Numbered from the stretch's first letter, positions 20,590 through 31,676 are shown. The stretch: DNA of 64,000 nucleotides from Anaerolineae bacterium (GCA_029907105.1 JARYMM010000005.1:8563-72562), one strand, 5' to 3'. Translations and numbers: made by a program. The notes: generated from the sequence alone by a model not told the origin.

Positions 20590-20757
20590 CAGTTTGTCGG
20601 AGAGGGCCGTCATTCTGAGGAGCGGGAGCGGCCGAGCTGCCGGAGCGACGAAGAATCTCACTTCACAGCCAAAAACGAGATTCTTCGGCCCCTTCGGGGC
20701 CTCAGAATGACAAAATGAACGATGTTTTGTGTCGGCACCTTTCTCTCCGACAGGTTG
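20590..20757. mobile_element. MITE-like element with nested GTCATTCTGAG...CTCAGAATGAC palindrome
   Basis: Imperfect terminal IRs around TGTCGGAGAG/CTCTCCGACA; inner palindrome 20609-20711; only one copy in the window. Confidence 0.5.
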
Positions 20758-20782
20758 CCGGAGACCTTGGGCGCGAATGAAG

Positions 20783-20816
20783 CAGACCTCCGAGGTCCGG
20801 GAGACCTCGGAGGTCT
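20783..20816. repeat. AGACCTCCGA...TCGGAGGTCT palindrome (second copy ~29572-29604)
   Basis: Same inverted-repeat arms at two convergent gene junctions; REP-like or terminator. Confidence 0.55.
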
Positions 20817-20827
20817 TTTGGCTGCGG

Positions 20828-21745
20828 CTATATGCGCACGGTGAGCGCGCCGGGCAACAGGCGAAAAGTGGCGGGCGTTTCCCCCACGTACTCGCCATCG
20901 GCCTGCAGGATCAGGCGCTGTGGCGATTCCACCTGCACGCGGCGGGAGCGGTAGGCGTCCACCTTGGGGTGGCTCAGGTGTGTGCCGCGATAGACGCGGG
21001 GCACCTGCATCAGCAATTCCAGCTTTGTGACATCGCCGATGACGATGACGTCGAAAAGGCCATCGTCAGGGGTGGCGTCCGGCGCAATGTGCATGCCCCC
21101 GCCGAAGTAACGCCCGTTGGCCACGACGACGGCATTGGCCCGCTGCTCCCATGTGCGGTCGTCCAGGGTGATGGTTACGGGCTTGTTCTCGTAGGTGATG
21201 AGGGTGAGGAGCAGGCCGGTAAGGTAGGGGATGGTGCCGCCGCCAGCCTTGGACATGCGGTTCACCCGGGCGGCCACCTCGCCGTCGAAGCCCAGGCCGG
21301 CGGCATTGGGAAAGCACTCGACGACCTGCCGCCCCTCGCGCCAGCAGTGGATGACCCCCAGGTCAATGCGCCGGTCCGAGCCGTGTGTCAGCCGGCGGAC
21401 AGCCGCCAGCGGGTCCTGCGCCAGGCCCACGGTGCGGGCAAAGTCGGACCCTGTGCCGCAGCAGATGGCACCCAGAACCACCCCTGCGGGAACCTCATAT
21501 TCAATCACCAGGCCGTTGACCACCTCGTGCATCGTGCCGTCGCCACCGACGGCAACAATCAGGCGGCACCCCTCGGCCACAGCCTGGCGAGCCAGCTCCA
21601 CGGCGTGGTCGGGGCCTTCGGTGAACACATAGTCGAACTCCGTCCCCCCGGCGTGCAACTCCTCGCTCAATCGTGGCCACAGCTTTGCCCCCCGGCCGTT
21701 TCCGGCCACCGGATTGACGATCAGTCGCATCGGTTGTGCGCTCAT
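20828..21745 (-). CDS. Diacylglycerol kinase family lipid kinase (YegS/Rv2252-like)
   Basis: IVNPVAGNG, GGDGTMHEVVNG, GTGSDFAR, NGRYFGGG, QADGE. Confidence 0.9.
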   Translation of the reverse strand: MSAQPMRLIVNPVAGNGRGAKLWPRLSEELHAGGTEFDYVFTEGPDHAVELARQAVAEGCRLIVAVGGDGTMHEVVNGLVIEYEVPAGVVLGAICCGTGSDFARTVGLAQDPLAAVRRLTHGSDRRIDLGVIHCWREGRQVVECFPNAAGLGFDGEVAARVNRMSKAGGGTIPYLTGLLLTLITYENKPVTITLDDRTWEQRANAVVVANGRYFGGGMHIAPDATPDDGLFDVIVIGDVTKLELLMQVPRVYRGTHLSHPKVDAYRSRRVQVESPQRLILQADGEYVGETPATFRLLPGALTVRI

Positions 21746-22002
21746 CTTCTCCTCCAGCGGTCGTAGACAGGCACACAAGGCGGGTTATCCCTGTCCACTT
21801 GTTTCCCTGTCTACCTGCAGGGCTTGCGCAGCGATTGAGCGCAAGCCCCAACACGTAGGGGGCAGGGGATGAGCGAGGGGACACCCCTCGTACTCCCCGG
21901 GCTTCCGCTACGCACGCCCCCTGCATCCTCCCTCTAGGCATCTGGCGGCTTTTGGTGTATAATGTCTCCACATCCCCATCAGGACGATAGGCGATAAGCG
22001 AG

Positions 22003-23442
22003 ATGCGATACGCGAAACTGGACGCCCTGCTGCTGACCCTGCTCGTCATGGCCCGGGTGCGCATTGACACCCTGGCCGAAGCCGCCGTGCTCCCCCTGCG
22101 GCAACAGGATGTGGCCCGCCACCCGCTGCTGGGGCGGCTGCTCTCGCCTGCGGCCATGGAACTGCTGGCCCAGCAGGGCTTTGCCGACCCCATCACCCTG
22201 CTGCTCATCGTGCTGGCCCTGGCCGCGCTGGCCGCTTACCTGATCCTCAGCTTCAGCTCCGGCCAGCTCAGCCGCCGCGGCTACCGGGCCAGGCTGGCCC
22301 TCATCTGGCTCATCGTGGTGCTGACCGTCGTCGCCCCCACGTTGAAGATGACGCTGCTGCGGGAGCAGAGCGGGCCGGCCAGTTATTGCCACGACGGCGG
22401 CGTCATCCAGACTGAAGTTACCATCGAGTATCTTCTCAGCGGCCGCAACCCCTACGTTGAGGACTACCTGCAAACGCCCATGGCCGAATGGGGGTTGAGC
22501 GAGTTCCGCACGGCGCTCTACCATTACCCTTACCTGCCCTGGACCTTCGTTTTCTCGGCACCATTTTACGGGTTGAGCCAGGCAGTCCTCGGCTGGTACG
22601 ACCAGCGCTTCGTCTATCTCTTGCTGTTTGTGCTCACCCTGGCCCTGGCCCCGGCGCTGGCCGGCGGGCGCCAAAGCAGGCTGTTGCTGGTCATGACTTT
22701 GGGGCTCAACCCCATCATGGGCAGCGACATCATCTTCGGCCAGAACGACAGCTTCGTGCTCTTCTGGATTGTGCTGGCGCTGGTGCTTCTGGCCCGTGGC
22801 AAGGAGATGACCGATGAGCGCCGCGCCACGCCCTGGCGGCTGGGCTCGGCGGCGGCTTTCGGCCTGGCCTGCGCTTCCAAGCCCACGGCCTGGCTGCTGG
22901 TTCCCTTCTACGTGCTGCTGCTCGTGCCAGCGTCGTGTGCCGGCCAGGAGACCGGCGCCAACCGGAGGGGGTGGGCTCGCTGGCTGCTGACTTTGCTGCG
23001 CCGGGCCTGGCCGGCCCTGGCACTCTTCCTGCTCCTCGTTTTGCCTTATCTCATCTGGGACGCCGGGGCCATGGTGGACGACGTATGGCGCTGGGCGAGC
23101 GGGCGCGGGGAGCACGCTTACCAGATCTGGGGCTGGGGCGCTTCCAATCTGCTGCTGGCGCTGGGCTGGGTAAACTCCCGCTTCGACACCTGGCCCTTCT
23201 GGCTGCCGCAGCTTCTCGTCTGTGGGCCGCTTTTGGCCTTTCTGCTCTGGCGGCAGTGGCGGGACAATCGCATCGCCGCTGCGAGCAGCGGCTACGCCGT
23301 CTTCCTCCTGGCCTTCTTCTTCCTCTCTCGCTTCCTGAACGAAAACTACCTGGGCTACATCCTGGCCTTTCTGGCCCTGGGCGTGTTCGGAGGGGGAAAA
23401 GAAGCGCAAAGGGAGCCTTTCAGCCCCGGTTTGGCGTCATAG
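22003..23442 (+). CDS. GT-C fold membrane glycosyltransferase (GT87/DUF2029-like)
   Basis: Many TM helices; GRNPY, YPYLP, GQND, ACASKP motifs. Confidence 0.7.
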   Translation: MRYAKLDALLLTLLVMARVRIDTLAEAAVLPLRQQDVARHPLLGRLLSPAAMELLAQQGFADPITLLLIVLALAALAAYLILSFSSGQLSRRGYRARLALIWLIVVLTVVAPTLKMTLLREQSGPASYCHDGGVIQTEVTIEYLLSGRNPYVEDYLQTPMAEWGLSEFRTALYHYPYLPWTFVFSAPFYGLSQAVLGWYDQRFVYLLLFVLTLALAPALAGGRQSRLLLVMTLGLNPIMGSDIIFGQNDSFVLFWIVLALVLLARGKEMTDERRATPWRLGSAAAFGLACASKPTAWLLVPFYVLLLVPASCAGQETGANRRGWARWLLTLLRRAWPALALFLLLVLPYLIWDAGAMVDDVWRWASGRGEHAYQIWGWGASNLLLALGWVNSRFDTWPFWLPQLLVCGPLLAFLLWRQWRDNRIAAASSGYAVFLLAFFFLSRFLNENYLGYILAFLALGVFGGGKEAQREPFSPGLAS

Positions 23443-23449
23443 TTCGTAT

Positions 23450-23804
23450 CTACGCTGGCCGTAAGGTGGCCTGATGAGCCGCTTCAGCGCGGGCGACGTT
23501 GGCCTCGATTTCCTGTACGAGGGTGGTTATCTCCGGTGCCAACTTCGTATAACCGCAGCGCGGCGTTCGACATACGTACCAGGCCACACCGCGCAAGATG
23601 ACACGACCTCCGGCCAGGTGCAAGTCAATGCGGCGCATATCCATACCACCCCCGCAGCGATCACAGCGGCTCACGCGCTCGCTCCACTCAAAGGTAAACC
23701 ATTCCCCCTCTCATCATCTCCCCGGTGTCTGTAGCGTCCCAATACGCCGCTTCCTCGGCTATCGCCTGACGAATAGCTTCTCTGTCCGCTTGTTTTTCGC
23801 TCAT
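23450..23804 (-). pseudogene. Antitoxin: CopG/BrnA-type N-terminus plus YgiT-type zinc finger, apparently frameshifted near 23700
   Basis: ATG 23804 gives MSEKQ...EEAAYWDATDT; +1 frame continues EWFTFEWSERVSRCDRCGG...YVCRTPRCG; ORF 23450-23674 might be translated alone. Confidence 0.55.
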
Positions 23805-24241
23805 GATCTCCTCAGCCTCCTGTAACGGTGCTTCTCCCCCCTTGTCATATCACGAGCCGTGACCACGTAGAAGACGTCGTCGTAACTTCTGTCCAGAACG
23901 GTAACTACCTACCCTGTCACTGCGAGCGAAGCGAAGCAGTCTCCTGGAATCGAAACAGGAGATTGCTTCGCCCCTTCGGGGCTCGCAATGACGCCAGCCC
24001 ACCGCTATATCTCACGTTGCAAGGCCGAAGGTAGGCAGTTACCCAGAACGACGAAAAGATACCGGCCGGCAAAGGTTTGCCCGTAGACATGATAACGGGG
24101 CAATCCGTAGCGAGTGATCCCTGCTCGGCGGGCCAAATGGTTGCCTGGTTCGCAGACCTCCTCTACCTCCCAGGGTTCCACGCCGTGCTCGGCGATATGT
24201 TGTACGTTCCACCCATCCTATTCGAGCTCTTCAATGCGCAT
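23801..24241 (-). pseudogene. BrnT (DUF497)-like toxin pseudogene
   Basis: MRIEELE*DGWNVQHIAEHGVEPWEVEEV...YGQTFAGRYLFVVL, then MITE, then DRSYDDVFYVVTARDMTRGEKHRY; TAG at 24218-24220. Confidence 0.8.
23901..24042 (+). mobile_element. MITE family A, copy 3 (142 bp)
   Basis: GTAACTACCTACC...GGTAGGCAGTTAC terminal IRs; 8-bp TSD CCAGAACG (23893-23900 and 24043-24050). Confidence 0.9.
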
Positions 24242-24280
24242 GCATGTCCTCGCTGCCTCAGTACCCCGCTACCTCGGTGC

Positions 24281-25960
<1,680 letters not shown>

Positions 25961-25982
25961 TCGCAGATCACCTCCCATAGCC

Positions 25983-26510
25983 TCAATATTCGATCCCCTT
26001 TCGTCCCATCACTCCCGAGTTGTACGGATGCTTGATAGCCAGCATCTCGGTCACCAGGTCGGCACGTTTGAAGAGCTCCGTATGCGCGCTGCGGCCGGTG
26101 AGCACCAACTCCACATGCTCCGGCTTGCCCTCCATGAGCGCCAGCACATCGTCCAGGCGAATCAAGTCGTAGTCCACAGCCACGTTCACCTCGTCCAGGA
26201 TGACCACGTCGTAGTCGCCACTGGCGACGATCTGCCGGGCGTGTTCCAGCGCCTCTTGAGCCATGCGAATGTCTTCGGGGTCGGGGTTATCTCGATCCAC
26301 GAATTCGGGGCGGCCGAACTGGCGCAGGGTGATGTTGGGCAAGTGCTGCAGGCTCGTCAGCTCCCCGTAGTGCGGCCAGCCCTTCATGAACTGGATGATG
26401 TAGACCCGCAGCCCATGCCCGGCGGCGCGCAAGGCCAGCCCCAGCGCCGCCGTGGTCTTCCCCTTGCCATCCCCGGTATAGACCTGGATCAGCCCCTGTT
26501 TTAATTTCAT
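25983..26510 (-). CDS. cobO: Cob(I)yrinic acid a,c-diamide adenosyltransferase
   Basis: [39 protein letters not shown]...RKGIEY. Confidence 0.92.
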   Translation of the reverse strand: MKLKQGLIQVYTGDGKGKTTAALGLALRAAGHGLRVYIIQFMKGWPHYGELTSLQHLPNITLRQFGRPEFVDRDNPDPEDIRMAQEALEHARQIVASGDYDVVILDEVNVAVDYDLIRLDDVLALMEGKPEHVELVLTGRSAHTELFKRADLVTEMLAIKHPYNSGVMGRKGIEY

Positions 26511-26541
26511 GATTATGACCCCTTTCAACAAAGAGCCCTGC

Positions 26542-26658
26542 TCACCTCGCAGGGCTCCCGATATACCCAGCCCCAAGGCTCAGCTTGACAACATGAACAG
26601 TCACCGAGAGCACGATATCAGCGAACTCCGTTAGGGCGATGTCGGCAAGGCGGCGCAT
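26542..26658 (-). pseudogene. Truncated DUF6516-like toxin N-terminus
   Basis: 38-aa MRRLADIALTEFADIVLSV... translationally coupled (TGATG) to the upstream antitoxin-like gene. Confidence 0.4.
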
Positions 26659-26933
26659 CACAATTCTCGTAACAGGCTGAGGAGTTCATCCCGTCTGGCT
26701 TCCAAGTGATCCAGTTGGAAGAAGTCCTCCCACGTGCCGGCCTCTGGCAGTGTGCCCTCCCGATAGCGCGCTTCCATCTCCGCCGCATCCTGCACACCAT
26801 ACTTGTGGCACAGATTAACGATGTCCGCTTGCGCCTCGCGAAGACGGTGTTGCAGATAGACGCGCAGGCTTTCGCGCTCCAACCCCTGTTTGCTCATTTT
26901 CAAACGGGTGGCAAGGGTTCTGTAACTCGTCAT
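26658..26933 (-). CDS. Small antitoxin-like protein (partner type of DUF6516 toxins)
   Basis: 91 aa, GGAGGAG RBS; KYGVQDAAEMEARYREG...WEDFFQLDHLE resembles the 33002-33316 product. Confidence 0.65.
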   Translation of the reverse strand: MTSYRTLATRLKMSKQGLERESLRVYLQHRLREAQADIVNLCHKYGVQDAAEMEARYREGTLPEAGTWEDFFQLDHLEARRDELLSLLREL

Positions 26934-27076
26934 GCTTCATCTCCTCCCATTCACATTATAGTCCATACCCCACAAACGGCAAAACCGGGCGTGTCAAGCC
27001 TGACCAAGCTTAAGAAATTCCTGCCTGAAGTCGCGAAACCCTCTTGACAAATCTAGGGGGTAAGCGGGCCAGTGCG

Positions 27077-27184
27077 TACCGGATCGTCTACTTCGTGGAT
27101 GACGAGAACCAACCGGTGGAAGTGGGAAAGATCGAGCGCAGGCGAGAACGGACCTACAAAGACATCGAGAAGTTGTTCCGATAA
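27077..27184 (+). pseudogene. RelE/ParE-type toxin C-terminal fragment
   Basis: YRIVYFVDDENQPVEVGKIERRRERTYKD; N-terminal half absent. Confidence 0.55.
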
Positions 27185-27206
27185 GGATGCGTGGAGCGGA
27201 GACCCG

Positions 27207-27241
27207 AAGCCCCCTTCACCCTTGAGGATGAAGGGGGCTTT
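27207..27241. terminator. Hairpin between convergent units
   Basis: AAGCCCCCTTCA...TGAAGGGGGCTT. Confidence 0.55.
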
Positions 27242-27264
27242 AGCTTACAAAAGGGGGGAGCCAC

Positions 27265-28113
27265 TCACTTTTTGCCGGCCAGCAAGTAGCGGTGGTGCGC
27301 CCATAGAGCCTTCAGCCGCCACGGCAGCCGTGCCCGGTCCAGCCAGGCGTACCTCATGACCCGCTCGTACAGTTCCGGCTGCTGGCCCAGGTAGTAGGCC
27401 ATCGTGGACCACTGCCAGCTATCGCCCGTGAACTGCTGCTCCAGCTTCTTGGAGCGCAAGCCCAGCCGCTTCAACACCTCGCCCGCCGGCATGACCGTGT
27501 CCGGCCAGGGGGGCACGTCCAGCACCCCCTGCTCGACGATGCGCAGCCCGACGTCCTCCAATTCCCGTCGGATGCGGCCCATGTCCACCCAGCGCTCGTC
27601 CACGGCCTGGAAGAAGTCGCGGTCAAGCACGTATTTGCGCAAAAAGTAGCCCACCTGCCGGCGGTTAGGCATGGCCACGAAGACCAGGTGACGGCTCGTG
27701 CGGGCCAGCTCTCGCAGCAGCGCCCCCGCATCGGGCAGATACCAGAGCGCCGCCCAATCCCAGGCCAGGTCGAAGCTGTCATCGTCGAAAGGCAGATTGC
27801 CCCAATCTGCGGGCTCCACCTCCAGCACGGCGGCGTCCAGCCCCAATTCGTCCCAGATGCGCCGCACGCCGGCGGCCCTCTCTGCGTTATCGTCCACCAG
27901 GGTGACCTCGCAGCCCGCCTGGGCCAGAGCCACGCTGTTGATGCCGCTGACGCCGGCCATGCCGAAGAGCGGAGCCTCCAGCACGGTCTGGATGCTGTGC
28001 TTTGCGCGCAGTGCCAACAGGAAATCGTTGAGCACGAAACGCTCATAGACCAGGCCCAGCCCCTCGTTATAGTCGGTGAGGTAGTGTTTCCAGGAAGGCT
28101 CGGCTTCTTTCAT
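27265..28113 (-). CDS. Class I SAM-dependent methyltransferase-like protein
   Basis: VLEAPLFGMAG, VTLVD, LPFDDDSFDL, LLRELAR; AGGAG RBS. Confidence 0.75.
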   Translation of the reverse strand: MKEAEPSWKHYLTDYNEGLGLVYERFVLNDFLLALRAKHSIQTVLEAPLFGMAGVSGINSVALAQAGCEVTLVDDNAERAAGVRRIWDELGLDAAVLEVEPADWGNLPFDDDSFDLAWDWAALWYLPDAGALLRELARTSRHLVFVAMPNRRQVGYFLRKYVLDRDFFQAVDERWVDMGRIRRELEDVGLRIVEQGVLDVPPWPDTVMPAGEVLKRLGLRSKKLEQQFTGDSWQWSTMAYYLGQQPELYERVMRYAWLDRARLPWRLKALWAHHRYLLAGKK

Positions 28114-28336
28114 GTCTCCTGCCATACGGCTACGAACTGGATGGGGCAAGCAACCTGCGTGAAACGCAATGCGCAAAACGTAACAATCTGGCGCTACCCA
28201 TATCCACGTTTTGCGTTTTATGTTTCACGTTTCACGCACCATTATACCACGATCCCACCGAAGACCCATATTACTGCTTTGTCCTTTGGCGCAGCTATGG
28301 TATAATAATAGTAAATCTGCATACCAGGGAGAGAGC

Positions 28337-28720
28337 ATGGCTCGACGAAGAAGCGGCAAACGCCGAGACGTCAGTCAATACATCCTTTGGGGGCTGAGCC
28401 TGGTGGTGGCGCTGAGCATGGTGCTGGCCTACGTCATGAAGCCGCCCAGCCAGGCCACACGCCCCACGCCGACCCTGCCGCCCTCGCCCACGCCTACATC
28501 GGTGCTGCCCACTCCCACGCCAACGGCCACACCGCTTGCGCCCGCGCCCAGCCCCGTCCCGCGTCCAGAACCCAGCGAGACGCTCCAGTCTGCCCTGCCG
28601 TCCGGGCCTCCGCCTGCCACCGCAGTCGTCATAGCCCAACGGGCCACCCTGAAGCCTGAAAATGTCATTTTCAGACCAGATATTGCTGTCAGCGCCGAGA
28701 GCGCGAGGATACCCTCGTGA
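28337..28720 (+). CDS. Small membrane-anchored Pro/Thr-rich protein
   Basis: Basic N-terminus, one TM, PT linker; upstream TGGTATAAT (-10 at 28301-28306); overlaps EamA start. Confidence 0.6.
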   Translation: MARRRSGKRRDVSQYILWGLSLVVALSMVLAYVMKPPSQATRPTPTLPPSPTPTSVLPTPTPTATPLAPAPSPVPRPEPSETLQSALPSGPPPATAVVIAQRATLKPENVIFRPDIAVSAESARIPS

Positions 28721-29568
28721 GCGAAGAGCGCCGCGGGCTGCTTTATGTCGGCCTGGCCGTCTTTTTCTTTTCCACCAGCCCCGTGCTCACCCGCTGGGCG
28801 ACGCCCCTGTCGCCTTATGAGATCGCCACCGGCCGGCTGGGTGTGGCCGCGCTGGGCATCCTGGCCCTGATGGCCCTGCGGCGTGAACGACCACACGTGG
28901 CCCGGGCCGACCTGCCGCGCTTCGTTCTTTTCGGCCTCATCGCCGCCCTGCATTTCCTCTGCTACATCGCCAGCCTCAGCTTCACCACCATCGCCCACTC
29001 ATTGTCCATCGTCTACACGGCCCCCATTTTCGTCACCCTCTTCTCGGCGCTCCTGCTGAAGGAGCCCATCCCCCGCCGCAAGTGGGGCGGCGTGCTGGTG
29101 ACCGTGATCGGCGTGGCCATCCTGGCCGGCTTCGAGCCGCGCCTGAACCGCACCATGCTCTGGGGCGACCTGCTGGCGTTGGGCTCGGCCATCACCTTCG
29201 GCCTCTACTCCGTGGCCGGGCGCTCGCAGCGGGAGCATTATCCGCTGTTCACCTACGCCGCCACCGTCTATGGCCTGGGCGCGCTGTGGATGCTGCCGGT
29301 GGCCGCGGTCAACTTCACACCTGCCGGCTACACGCTGCGGCCGCTGCTCAGCGTCATCGGCCTGGGCATCCTGCCCCTGGGCTTCGGCCACACGCTCTAC
29401 AACGCCGCCCTGCGCCGCACCCACGCCACAAAGGTCAATCTCATCGCCACCCAGGAGGTGACCGGCGGCATCCTGCTGGGCATGCTGTTGCTGGGGGAGA
29501 TGCCTGGCCTCAATGAGATCGTCGGCGTCGTGGTGACCCTGGCCGGCATCGCCCTGGTCGTACTGTAG
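28717..29568 (+). CDS. EamA/DMT family transporter
   Basis: Ten hydrophobic segments; APIFVTLFSALLLKE, GDLLAL, GHTLYN. Confidence 0.9.
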   Translation: MSEERRGLLYVGLAVFFFSTSPVLTRWATPLSPYEIATGRLGVAALGILALMALRRERPHVARADLPRFVLFGLIAALHFLCYIASLSFTTIAHSLSIVYTAPIFVTLFSALLLKEPIPRRKWGGVLVTVIGVAILAGFEPRLNRTMLWGDLLALGSAITFGLYSVAGRSQREHYPLFTYAATVYGLGALWMLPVAAVNFTPAGYTLRPLLSVIGLGILPLGFGHTLYNAALRRTHATKVNLIATQEVTGGILLGMLLLGEMPGLNEIVGVVVTLAGIALVVL

Positions 29569-29673
29569 AGAAGACCTCCGATATCTCCAAGATATTCGGA
29601 GGTCTCACGGCAGGATGGTCAGGAGACCAGCCAGGAACCTCGATCCTCGGCCCTCGTTGCCTCGGGGCCTCAT

Positions 29674-30156
29674 CTACTCGATCACCACCAACACCTGCCC
29701 CAATTCCACGTCGTCGCCTGTGGCCACGGCGACCTGCTGCACCACGCCGCCGCGGTCGGCGCGCAGCTCGTTCTCCATCTTCATAGCCTCCAGGATCACG
29801 GCCACGTCACCCTCCGCCACCTCGTCCCCCTCGGCCACCAGGACGCGGATCACCTTGCCCGGCATGATGGCCCTGATCACGCCAGCGCCCTCGGCCACTT
29901 CGACGGGAGCCGTGGCTGGCGCAGCCGCCCGGCCTGGCTCCAGACCGGCAATGGCCACGGCATAGGGCACGCCGTTGACGATGGCTGTGTCGCCCTCCAA
30001 AGTCACCTCGTAGCGAGTGCTGTCCACGATGACGCTGCCTTCCTCGAAGCCCACGACGAAGGGCTGGCCGTTGACCAGGACGGTGTTGCCGCGCATCTCG
30101 ATGCGGTATTCGCTGCCGTCCAGCGTGATGGTGAACTCCCTGTCCATGGTGCTCAT
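29674..30156 (-). CDS. Biotin carboxyl carrier protein (1.3S-like)
   Basis: IMPGKV...ILEAMKMENE biotinylation motif; ATGA overlap with upstream gene. Confidence 0.9.
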   Translation of the reverse strand: MSTMDREFTITLDGSEYRIEMRGNTVLVNGQPFVVGFEEGSVIVDSTRYEVTLEGDTAIVNGVPYAVAIAGLEPGRAAAPATAPVEVAEGAGVIRAIMPGKVIRVLVAEGDEVAEGDVAVILEAMKMENELRADRGGVVQQVAVATGDDVELGQVLVVIE

Positions 30157-31676
30157 ACCGCTCCTCCTGCGCCGGCGATGAGGCCCTGCCAGCGAGCTGC
30201 CTGCGGCCGCCAGCTCAGTTTCCAGGGGGAAAGAACCAATTCCGGCCGCGCTTGCGCGGCGGCGACGACCGGCCGGCACTCGTCCTGATGGGCCACCGTG
30301 GCGGCGATGGCGGCGACGATGGCCTCCTTGCCGCCCGTGCCGCGCGCCCGCCGCTCCAGGAAGGGCCGCGCCACCTGCGGGAAGAGGGCGTAGGAGAGAA
30401 CGTCCTCTTCGCTGCGGGCCAGGTCGCCGATTTCCTCCCTGGCCTTCTCCATGCCCGGCGGGATGAGGTCGGCGGGACGGCAGTCAATGGGTTGCTCGTC
30501 GCCGATGACCAGCCGCTGTACCCGCGGATCAATGGGCGCCGGCGGCCGGCCGTAATAGCCACGGACGTAGTTCTTCACCTCCTCGGGGATGATCTTGTAG
30601 CGCTCGCCCAGGAGCACGTTCAGCGTGGCCTGGGTGCCCACAATCTGGCTGGAGGGGGTGACCAGTGGCGGGAAGCCGAGCTCTTCACGCACGCGCGGCA
30701 CCTCGGCCAGCACCTCCTCGAAGCGATCCTCCGCCCCCTGCTCCCGCAACTGCGCCATCAGGTTGGAGAGCATGCCGCCAGGGATCTGGTACTGCAGGAC
30801 ACGCACGTCCACCCCCGTCATGCCGCTCTCGAAGCGGGCGTACTTTTTGCGCACCCCGGCGAAGTAGTCGCTGATCTCGGCCAGCAGGTTGAGGTCGAGG
30901 CCCGTGTCCCGTTCCGTGCCCCTGAGGATGCTGACGATGGTCTCTGTGGGCGGCTGGGAGGTGAGGAGGGCCAGGGAGGAGATGGCCGTGTCCACGACGT
31001 CCACGCCCGCCTCCACGGCCTTGAGCAAAGCCGCCGTGCCCATGCCGCTGGTGTAGTGGGTGTGCAACTGGATGGGCAGGTCAATCTCCGCCTTGAGCTG
31101 GCCCACCAGCTCGTAGGCGGCATAGGGCGAGATCATGCCGGCCATGTCCTTGATGCAGATGGAATCGGCGCCCAGGTCGCGCAGCACCCGGGCCATGCTC
31201 ACGTAACTGGCGATGTCGTGCACCGGGCTGAGGGTGTAGCAGATGGCCGCCTGCACGTGGGCGCCCTCCCGCCTGGCCACCTCCATAGCCTTGCGCATGT
31301 TGCGCACGTCGTTGACAGCATCGAAGATGCGGAAGACGTCAATGCCGTTCTCGCGGGCCTTGACGACAAAGCGCTCCAGCACGTCGTCGGGGTAGTGCTT
31401 GTAGCCGACGATGTTCTGGCCGCGCAGCAGCATCTGGAAGGGCGTGCGGGGCATTCTGGCCTTCAGTTTGCGGATACGCTCCCAGGGGTCCTCGTTGAGG
31501 AAGCGCATGGCCGAATCGAAAGTCGCCCCGCCCCACATCTCCACCGACCAGTAGCCCACCTGGTCGAGTTTGTCGGCGATGGGCAGCATGTCGTCGGTGC
31601 GCAGGCGCGTGGCCAGCAACGACTGATGGGCGTCGCGCAGGATGGTATCACAGATACGGACGGGATTCTTTTCCAT
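30153..31676 (-). CDS. Pyruvate/oxaloacetate carboxyltransferase (transcarboxylase 5S / OadA / PycB-like)
   Basis: LRDAHQSLLATR, EMWGGATFD, CIKDMAG, LHTH, IPGGMLSN, PPLVTPSSQIVG. Confidence 0.92.
   Translation of the reverse strand: MEKNPVRICDTILRDAHQSLLATRLRTDDMLPIADKLDQVGYWSVEMWGGATFDSAMRFLNEDPWERIRKLKARMPRTPFQMLLRGQNIVGYKHYPDDVLERFVVKARENGIDVFRIFDAVNDVRNMRKAMEVARREGAHVQAAICYTLSPVHDIASYVSMARVLRDLGADSICIKDMAGMISPYAAYELVGQLKAEIDLPIQLHTHYTSGMGTAALLKAVEAGVDVVDTAISSLALLTSQPPTETIVSILRGTERDTGLDLNLLAEISDYFAGVRKKYARFESGMTGVDVRVLQYQIPGGMLSNLMAQLREQGAEDRFEEVLAEVPRVREELGFPPLVTPSSQIVGTQATLNVLLGERYKIIPEEVKNYVRGYYGRPPAPIDPRVQRLVIGDEQPIDCRPADLIPPGMEKAREEIGDLARSEEDVLSYALFPQVARPFLERRARGTGGKEAIVAAIAATVAHQDECRPVVAAAQARPELVLSPWKLSWRPQAARWQGLIAGAGGAV

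Noticed and set aside
24218..24220. Pyrrolysine or amber read-through in BrnT
   Set aside because: The gene is also disrupted by a MITE, and TAG is one transition from the expected TGG, so simple decay is more likely
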